Origin: Chthoniobacteraceae bacterium
Lineage (GTDB): Bacteria; Verrucomicrobiota; Verrucomicrobiia; Chthoniobacterales; Chthoniobacteraceae
DNA length: 12,389 nt
Direction: 5' to 3'
NCBI GenBank assembly: GCA_031409335.1
Contig: JANNWY010000257.1
Span: forward strand, 1 to 12,389
A program made the translations under genes and the position numbers. How positions within the stretch are numbered: the stretch's first letter is position 1; each line of letters starts with the position of its first letter. The notes under the pieces were generated by a model. It ran no database searches, was not told where the DNA came from, and saw nothing but the letters and a program-made list of their open reading frames with translations. Positions 7,164 through 12,389 of this stretch are shown here, piece by piece.

Positions 7164-9020
7164 ATGACGCAATTCCTCCGCCGTCATCTCGCACTGCGTT
7201 TGGCGCTCGTGTGCGCGTCGCTGATCGCCGGCGTCGCGGTCTTTTTTTTGAGCCGTCCGGTTTTCCGTTCCCGCGCGCTCGTGCGGCTGGATGAAGCCGG
7301 CAGCGCCGAGCAAATCCGCGCGGTCGTCAGGGAGTTGACGCAGCCAGCAGTCCTCGAACGCACCGCCAGCCGCCTCGGCACGCGCGTGCCGATGAGCGAA
7401 CTCCGCACTTCCTACCTCTTCGACATCGCGGCGCGGCCTGTTTCCGGACGCGAGATCGAAGTCGAAGTCCGCGCGTTCTCGAAAGCGTGGGCCGAACAGT
7501 GGGTGGATGCCCTCGTCAAAGAGTGCATCGACTTTCGCCGCGTGCGGCAGCGCAAAGAGCGGGCCGATGCCATTCGCGCGCTGAATCGGGACATGGAGGA
7601 AAGCGCGGGAAAGATCGGCGATGCGGGCGGAATGAAATTTGCCGCCACCGACAAGCCCGGCCTCGCGCGCCAGCTCGCCGCGCTCCATGAGCTGCGCGAT
7701 CCCGCGCGCAAGATCGCGCCGCTCACCAAACGCATCGCGGAACTCGCGCCCGTTCACGCCGATCTGCGCAACCCGGAGATCACCATGGTCCGCAAACTCG
7801 AGATCATCTCCGTGATCGAAAAAACCGAGGGCGTCCCGGCGTGGGAAAGCATCGAGGAACAGCGGAAATCGCTCGCGGAACTGCTCGCGGCGATCCAGTT
7901 CACCAGCCTCGCCCCGGATGTGATGGCGCTCGCGCTGGCCGATCCACTCGAAGAACTCGAACGAAAATTGCAGCTCGAATTCGACACCGACTTCCGCCGC
8001 TTCGATGCCGACTACCGCAATCTCATCGACCAAAAAACCGCGCTCGAAGCGCAAGCCGCGCAACCCGCCAGTCCCGCCGAGGCAGCGCTGGAGCTGCGTC
8101 TCGGCCACCTCGCGCAGCGGATCGAGCAGGTCGGCGCGATCGTGGGCGGCGACGGCGGCGAGCCGAAGTTCGCGGGCATGTTGGAAATCAGCGACCGGCC
8201 CGTCTCGCCAAACCTTTTGAAAATCGCGCTGTTTTCCCTGCTCGGCGGCGGCGCGCTCGCGCTCGGCGTGCCACTGCTCGTCGAGCGATTCCCGCGCGGC
8301 GGCGTGAAGGTTTCACAACTCGAATCCAGCCTCGGCCTTCCCGCCCTCGGCAGCATCCCCGCCATCGAAAACGCCCCGCCGCGCAAACCATTGCTCACCG
8401 CCACGGACGACGAAACGCTCCCGCCGCTTGGCGAAGTCTTCCGCGGCATCCGCGCGCGCCTGCTCGCCGACGGCGCCGCCCCGCGCACGCTCATGATCAC
8501 GAGCGCATTTCCCGGCGAGGGGAAAACCACCGTCGCCGCAAATCTCGCCCTCGCCTTCGCCGAATCCGGCGTGCGCACCCTCATCATCGACACCGACCAG
8601 CGGCGCGGACGGCTGCACCGGCTCTTCGGCTACCGCCCGACTCCCGGCCTCGGCGACGTGCTCGCCGGCGCGATGTCCGCCGAGGAGGCAATCCGCGCCA
8701 CGCCGCACGAAAATCTTTACGTGCTCAATGCCGGCAACATCCCCGCGCCGGACGGCCCCACGCTCGCTTCCGAGGCATTCGCCAAAACCGTCGCGCAGCT
8801 CAGCGGCGCGCTCGACCTGCTGATCTTCGACGCCCCGCCCGTGCTCGGTCTCGACGCCACGGCCGCCCTCGCGCTGCACGCCGACTTCACGCTCATCGTC
8901 ATTTCACCCGGAAAAAAATCCGCGCAAGCCGCCCCCGCCGCGATCGCCGCCCTGCGCGAGCGCGGCGCGAAAGTGCGCGGCTTCGTGCTGACGAAAGTAG
9001 CCACGACTTTAGTGGGCTAA
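7164..9020 (+). CDS. Wzc/CpsD-CapB-like polysaccharide co-polymerase / BY-kinase lacking the C-terminal Tyr cluster
   Basis: Two TM helices flank a coiled-coil region. It carries EVFRGIR (ExxRxxR), Walker A GEGKTT, A' LIIDTD.RR and Walker B LIFDAPP. ATG 7164 is preferred over GTG 7113. It ends GFVLTKVATTLVG*. Confidence 0.88.
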   Translation: MTQFLRRHLALRLALVCASLIAGVAVFFLSRPVFRSRALVRLDEAGSAEQIRAVVRELTQPAVLERTASRLGTRVPMSELRTSYLFDIAARPVSGREIEVEVRAFSKAWAEQWVDALVKECIDFRRVRQRKERADAIRALNRDMEESAGKIGDAGGMKFAATDKPGLARQLAALHELRDPARKIAPLTKRIAELAPVHADLRNPEITMVRKLEIISVIEKTEGVPAWESIEEQRKSLAELLAAIQFTSLAPDVMALALADPLEELERKLQLEFDTDFRRFDADYRNLIDQKTALEAQAAQPASPAEAALELRLGHLAQRIEQVGAIVGGDGGEPKFAGMLEISDRPVSPNLLKIALFSLLGGGALALGVPLLVERFPRGGVKVSQLESSLGLPALGSIPAIENAPPRKPLLTATDDETLPPLGEVFRGIRARLLADGAAPRTLMITSAFPGEGKTTVAANLALAFAESGVRTLIIDTDQRRGRLHRLFGYRPTPGLGDVLAGAMSAEEAIRATPHENLYVLNAGNIPAPDGPTLASEAFAKTVAQLSGALDLLIFDAPPVLGLDATAALALHADFTLIVISPGKKSAQAAPAAIAALRERGAKVRGFVLTKVATTLVG

Positions 9021-9064
9021 ACCCCGGCGCTGTCTCGGACGACTAAAGTCGCGCACTACTTTCG
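8992..9064. repeat. GTAG-type REP doublet (REPIN-like) in inverted orientation
   Basis: The left arm is CGAAAGTAG-CCA-CGACTTTAGT (8992-9013). The reverse complement of the right arm (9042-9064) is CGAAAGTAG-TGCG-CGACTTTAGT. Each arm is GTAG plus a short palindrome (CCAC..GTGG; CGACT-AA-AGTCG at 9040-9051). Confidence 0.8.
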
Positions 9065-9123
9065 CAAGCGCCCGGCGATGCGCGTCCCACTGGAAAGTTC
9101 ATTGCTCCGCAACGGTTGTTGGG

Positions 9124-9671
9124 TCAGCGCCTGGACGGACGCCGCGCTTTGACGCACCACAGCGCTCCGAGCAGCAGCAGGCTCAATGCGCCCGGTTCGG
9201 GCACGGGGGCGAAGGCGGGCGCAGGGGCAATGGCGCCGAGCGTGACGGTCGCGCCGATGTTGGTCGTGCCCGTGTTTGCATTCAAAATCACGCCGCCGGT
9301 GCCGAGCGCGCCGGTGATGTCGAGCCGGCCCGTGTTGTTTTTGTCGATCGTGCCGGTGCCGCTCGCGGTGGCGATGACGACGTCATTCGCTCCGGTGAGC
9401 GTCAGAGTTTGTCCCGCGAGCGCGATGCTGCTGATGCTGAGATCGCCTGCGTTTGCGTGTCGTTGTTCACGATGCAGCCGCTGCTGATCGTCTCTCCTTG
9501 CGAGCCGGTGATCGTGAATGCTCCCGCCGTGTTGTGGAAAGTGATCGAGTGGACATTCCGCGCGGTATCCACGCTCGGCGCGAGGCGCACGGTTCCGGCG
9601 AAGATGAGGCCGGCGCTAGAGTTGTTGAGCGGCTGCGCGTCGAAGGCCCAATTGCTGCCGGTGATCCGGTT
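9124..9671 (-). pseudogene. PEP-CTERM surface protein (autotransporter-like beta-strand repeats), 5'-truncated and frameshifted (copy 1)
   Basis: Frame A reads TGSNWAFDAQP...LIFAGTVRLAP...SITFHNTAGAFTI...IVNNDTQTQAI. It shifts at 9441-9447 into frame B, GDLSISSIALAGQTLTLTGAN...DITGALGTGG...APVPEPGALSLLLLGALWCVKARRPSRR*. No start codon or signal peptide is present. Confidence 0.88.
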
Positions 9672-9672
9672 G

Positions 9673-9715
9673 AAAACGAAAACGGAGGCAGATCCGTTTC
9701 CGAACCTGCCTCCGT
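9673..9715 (-). terminator. Rho-independent terminator of the PhoX-family gene
   Basis: The minus-strand RNA ACGGAGGCAG-GUUCG-GAAA-CGGAU-CUGCCUCCGU forms a 15-bp stem with 2 GU pairs and a GAAA tetraloop. It is followed by UUUCGUUUU and begins 24 nt after the stop. Confidence 0.9.
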
Positions 9716-9739
9716 CTCTAGGCGGAATACGTTGCTAAC

Positions 9740-11350
9740 TCAGTCGTTGTCCTCGTCGTCGTGGTCATCTCCGAGCGCGATCTTGCTCGGGAGGATGAGC
9801 AGGAGCTGACCGTCTTCGACCGTGTTCGGCACAGGTGCGATCAGCACCGGCGGCGTGCCGCTGGGAACCACGGGATTGTGCGCTTGCACGACCGTGAGCC
9901 AGGAGTCGCGTCCGAAGAAATCGGACGTGTCGATGATGCCGCTCGTTTCCCACACGCCGGCACCGATGGCGGGCGGGGCCGTGAATCCTTCCGGGATGAA
10001 TGTGCCGGGCGGGTTCAACTCGACGATGCGCTTGGCGGCGAAGTTGTTCTTCAGGTCAAAGCGCCAGATGCTGCCTTCGCGCGCGCGTTTCGCGTACTCT
10101 GGACGGCTCTGCGCCGTGCCGTCTTCCTGCACCATGAGGTAGTCTTTGCTCGTGTCGATGTTGTCCGGCGCAAAGGCGATGTCGCCACCGGCTGCCGCCA
10201 CGGTGTCGCCGTTGTAAATGTGCGTGATCTTCGTGGTGCCGAGGATGTTGTTCCGATCAAAATTCACAACATACGAGCGGCCAAGGGCGTTGCCCGTGCC
10301 GCTTCCCGTCGTGACGAAGTAGAACGTGTTTTTGTCCCGCTTGCTCCACGCGCCGTCTTCGATGCGGATGAATCCGAACGCGCCGACCGCGTCCGCATCC
10401 GCTTCGAGTTGCCCTCCCGTGCGGCTGGTTTGGTCCGGCAATTCCACCCAGCGACCGGTGATCGATCCGCTGGTGAATTCAATCTCGCTCGCCGGGCTGC
10501 CCGCGTCCGCCACGAAAGTGTAGAGCTTTCCAGTATCGAGCCCGTTGCGGCTCAGCACGCTGGCGTTCCGGGCGCGGTTCTTTTTTCCGACATACATGTA
10601 GAGCTGGTTGTCGGTCGTGGCCGGGCCGTCCTCCATGCCCATGACCACGGTCCACTCACCGGCATCCGGGCGGACGAGAGCGTTCTCCCAGCCGAAGCGG
10701 CCATGTTTTACAAGGCTGTGAATTTCCTTGTCGAACACCGCCCAGACCAGCGCGCCTTTGGGATCGAAGACCTGGCCGGGACCGCTTTCCTCGTTCGCAA
10801 AAAAGATCGGTCGATCGAAACCGGCTTCCTTGTAGGAAAGTGATCCGGAGCAGAAGCGGCCGAATCCTGGCGTCGTATTGCTCGCGTCCGGCGCAGGCAG
10901 GACGGCCCCCGTTTCCTCATCATGGACCGTGTTGTAAGCGCGCTCACCCGACACGACGTGCGCGTCCTTGTCCAAAATGAAACGCGAGACCAATGCCCCG
11001 CGCAGCAGCGTCCCGCCGACGTTCGGCTCGGACTGCACGTTAAACGGAAGCTCGTGATTCATGTAGAGGATCGTCGTGTTTCCACGGCCCTTGGTGGCAC
11101 CGAGTCCGTCGGGAATGCCGACCATCTGATACATCTTCGTCCGGTCGCTCGTATTCGGCACCTGATCGCCGACACTGAGGATCGGCTGGATCGCGTAGTC
11201 GCTCGTCACCGGGACTGCGTAAGGCTTCACCTGCGTGTAATCCGCCGCGTGCGCGGCAGCGACCGCACAGCAAGCGAGCGTTAGTCGGGCCAGGCCAACG
11301 ACGCGGGTCCGAGTCGGGCGTTGAGAGTTCAGTGAATTGATTCGAGTCAT
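9740..11350 (-). CDS. PhoX-family (DUF839) secreted alkaline phosphatase-like protein
   Basis: Motifs PDG, MNHE, RFCSG, NEE, GRFGWEN, RIEDG, PDNI, QEDG, WETSG and VQAH. ATG 11350 follows an A/C-rich leader and opens a signal peptide ending AAAHA|AD. The tail is acidic (DDHDDEDND). Confidence 0.85.
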   Translation of the reverse strand: MTRINSLNSQRPTRTRVVGLARLTLACCAVAAAHAADYTQVKPYAVPVTSDYAIQPILSVGDQVPNTSDRTKMYQMVGIPDGLGATKGRGNTTILYMNHELPFNVQSEPNVGGTLLRGALVSRFILDKDAHVVSGERAYNTVHDEETGAVLPAPDASNTTPGFGRFCSGSLSYKEAGFDRPIFFANEESGPGQVFDPKGALVWAVFDKEIHSLVKHGRFGWENALVRPDAGEWTVVMGMEDGPATTDNQLYMYVGKKNRARNASVLSRNGLDTGKLYTFVADAGSPASEIEFTSGSITGRWVELPDQTSRTGGQLEADADAVGAFGFIRIEDGAWSKRDKNTFYFVTTGSGTGNALGRSYVVNFDRNNILGTTKITHIYNGDTVAAAGGDIAFAPDNIDTSKDYLMVQEDGTAQSRPEYAKRAREGSIWRFDLKNNFAAKRIVELNPPGTFIPEGFTAPPAIGAGVWETSGIIDTSDFFGRDSWLTVVQAHNPVVPSGTPPVLIAPVPNTVEDGQLLLILPSKIALGDDHDDEDND

Positions 11351-11534
11351 GGATTTTGTGGGTTGTTTTTGGTGTGTTGAAACGCGCTCCGATGGAACGC
11401 GATGCCACACTGCGGGCGGTCCGTGTCGATCTGAGGACGGCCATGTAAAATGGAGAGTGTAACTTGATGGCGTTCGTGAAACGAACGGGTGCAAATGCCG
11501 ACACAAAGCGCAGCGAAGGATGCGATTTACTCAA

Positions 11535-11678
11535 GCGAATCGCGTGAATGCTGTGCGAACGCCAACGGCGTTCCATCTACCGGCCCGGGGTTGCGAGCCG
11601 CGTTATACGACTGACCCGGTTGAATTGCAGGAATGCACGGCGAACCCCAACGACGTTCACGCAGGCGAATCGCGTGAA
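11535..11678. repeat. Degenerate palindromic REP-like element flanked by 14-bp direct repeats
   Basis: GCGAATCGCGTGAA occurs at 11535-11548 and 11665-11678. Between them lie the hairpin GAACGCC-AAC-GGCGTTC and a decayed sister GAACCCC-AAC-GACGTTC. Confidence 0.65.
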
Positions 11679-11693
11679 AACGCTGCGATTTGA

Positions 11694-11881
11694 GGGCCAA
11701 AGGTCCGCAAACATGCCAGCCCAGGGCAACGCCCTGGGAACGAAAGAAGGATCGAACAAGCCCTGAAGGGGCGAGCCAGATTACGCCGCAAATTTTGTCC
11801 CGCCCTTTCAGGGCTTCCTCATTGGGCGATGCGTTTCCCAAGGCGTTGCCTTGGGCTGGCTTGCTGTCGCACCTTCGGTGC
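11694..11881. repeat. Nested multi-hairpin inverted-repeat element (REP/MITE-like)
   Basis: 26-nt arms at 11715-11740 and 11835-11860 match 24/26. 16-nt arms at 11758-11773 and 11801-11816 match 15/16. Terminal mini-hairpins are GGGCC-AAA-GGTCC (11694-11706) and GCACC-TTC-GGTGC (11869-11881). Confidence 0.88.
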
Positions 11882-11939
11882 TGGTTCGCGGCGTCCCGAG
11901 TTGAACGAAATACGATTCAACGCTCGCCCGCTGGCATTG

Positions 11940-12227
11940 TCAGTGCCGCGGAGCCGGTGATTTACAGCGCCGACTCGCGCCGAGAATGGCGAGGGCCGAT
12001 CCGAGCAAACTCAGCGCGCCCGGCTCCGGCACGGGCTGCACGAGTGCGCCGAGGAGCGCGTCGCCGCCGCCGAATTCAGGCGCGGGAGAAGGCAGGATCG
12101 CGCCGAGGGTGACGGTCGCGCCGTTCGCGATGTTGAGCGCAGCGAGAGTTTCATTTGCGCCGATGTTCGTCGTCCCGGTGTTCGCGTCGAGCGTGATGCC
12201 GCCGGTGCCGAGCGCGCCGGTGATGTC
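11940..12227 (-). pseudogene. PEP-CTERM surface protein, C-terminal 95 aa (copy 2), 5'-interrupted
   Basis: DITGALGTGGITLDANTGTTNIGANETLAALNIANGATVTLGAILPSPAPEFGGGDALLGALVQPVPEPGALSLLGSALAILGASRRCKSPAPRH*. It is directly preceded by an in-frame TAA (12228-12230), where homology to copy 1 ends. Confidence 0.88.
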
Positions 12228-12251
12228 TTATGTGCCCGCGTTATCTTTTTC

Positions 12252-12389
12252 GGGATTGCTCAGTAGGTATTGATTATGATTTTGTGAGCAGGTAAAAGAG
12301 GATGCTGGCGGCGAGATTGGCGAGTTTCTTGGTGTAGCAATGGGTCTTGCGGCGCAGGCGGGCGAGGTAAACGCGCAGGCGGTTGTTGT
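12252..12389 (-). mobile_element. IS1-family insertion sequence, right end (partial)
   Basis: The transposase 3' end is followed by a probable terminal IR, GGGATTGCTCAGTAGGTATTGA (12252-12273, plus strand). An alternative end is GGTATTGA at 12266. The stretch is visibly more AT-rich than the host genes. Confidence 0.7.
12274..12389 (-). CDS. IS1-family transposase (InsB-like DDE), C-terminal part
   Basis: NNRLRVYLARLRRKTHCYTKKLANLAASILFYLLTKS* matches the IS1 'N..LR.YLARL.RKT.C(Y/F)SK' signature. Confidence 0.85.
   Translation of the reverse strand, partial: NNRLRVYLARLRRKTHCYTKKLANLAASILFYLLTKS

Noticed and set aside
7841..9046. 401-aa Arg/Pro-rich same-strand alternative-frame ORF
   Set aside because: It is an off-frame read of the Wzc-like gene with composition typical of GC-rich frame artefacts.
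9121..9127. GGGTCAG matching the outer end of the transposase IR
   Set aside because: It is only 7 bp and coincides with the PEP-CTERM stop codon, so it is expected by chance.
9116..9487. Plus-strand ORFs 9116-9487 and 11986-12273 that resemble each other
   Set aside because: They are the antisense of the two PEP-CTERM remnants (GSGT is the reverse-strand reading of VPEP).
11444..11462. TTACA direct repeat upstream of phoX as a Pho box
   Set aside because: The period is 14 bp, not the 11 bp required for PhoB/PhoP boxes.
11351..11506. 52-aa N-terminal extension of the PhoX ORF
   Set aside because: It is non-protein-like and would bury the signal peptide. ATG 11350 has the A/C-rich leader.
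11535..11881. Possible CRISPR array or integron attC sites
   Set aside because: There are no three or more regularly spaced direct repeats with unique spacers, no cas or intI genes, and no RYYYAAC/GTTRRRY core pairs framing the hairpins.
11898..11925. Imperfect hairpin GAGTTGAACG...CGATTCAACGCTC after PEP-CTERM copy 2 as a terminator
   Set aside because: The stem is bulged and AT-rich with no U-tract, which is insufficient support.
11527..12112. Several 60-140 aa ORFs over the palindromic region
   Set aside because: They are translations of repeat DNA (e.g. SQGVALG, RATPW, RPFRA) with no coding signal.

Overview
This is a high-GC bacterial window, probably Verrucomicrobia-like (inferred from the protein families and start contexts). 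An intact cell-envelope/nitrogen core is flanked by decaying mobile and repeat DNA. The minus-strand core holds an O-antigen-ligase/TPR protein, a GT-C (PMT/ArnT-like) glycosyltransferase, glnB (PII), uppP and an M23 peptidase. A Wzc-like polysaccharide co-polymerase/BY-kinase lies divergently on the plus strand. At the left end, a frameshifted RAYT-type (Y1 HUH) transposase gene is bracketed by a perfect 18-bp inverted repeat and sits between two unrelated 3' gene remnants (an IS110 transposase and a secreted-protein tail). The right half holds a GTAG-REP doublet where the kinase's Tyr-rich tail should be, and two broken paralogous PEP-CTERM genes bracketing a PhoX-family phosphatase with a strong terminator. 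It also holds a nested palindromic REP-like element with a compensatory base change and the 3' end of an IS1-family element. No rRNA, tRNA or CRISPR array was seen. All family calls come from motif recognition by eye, not database searches.
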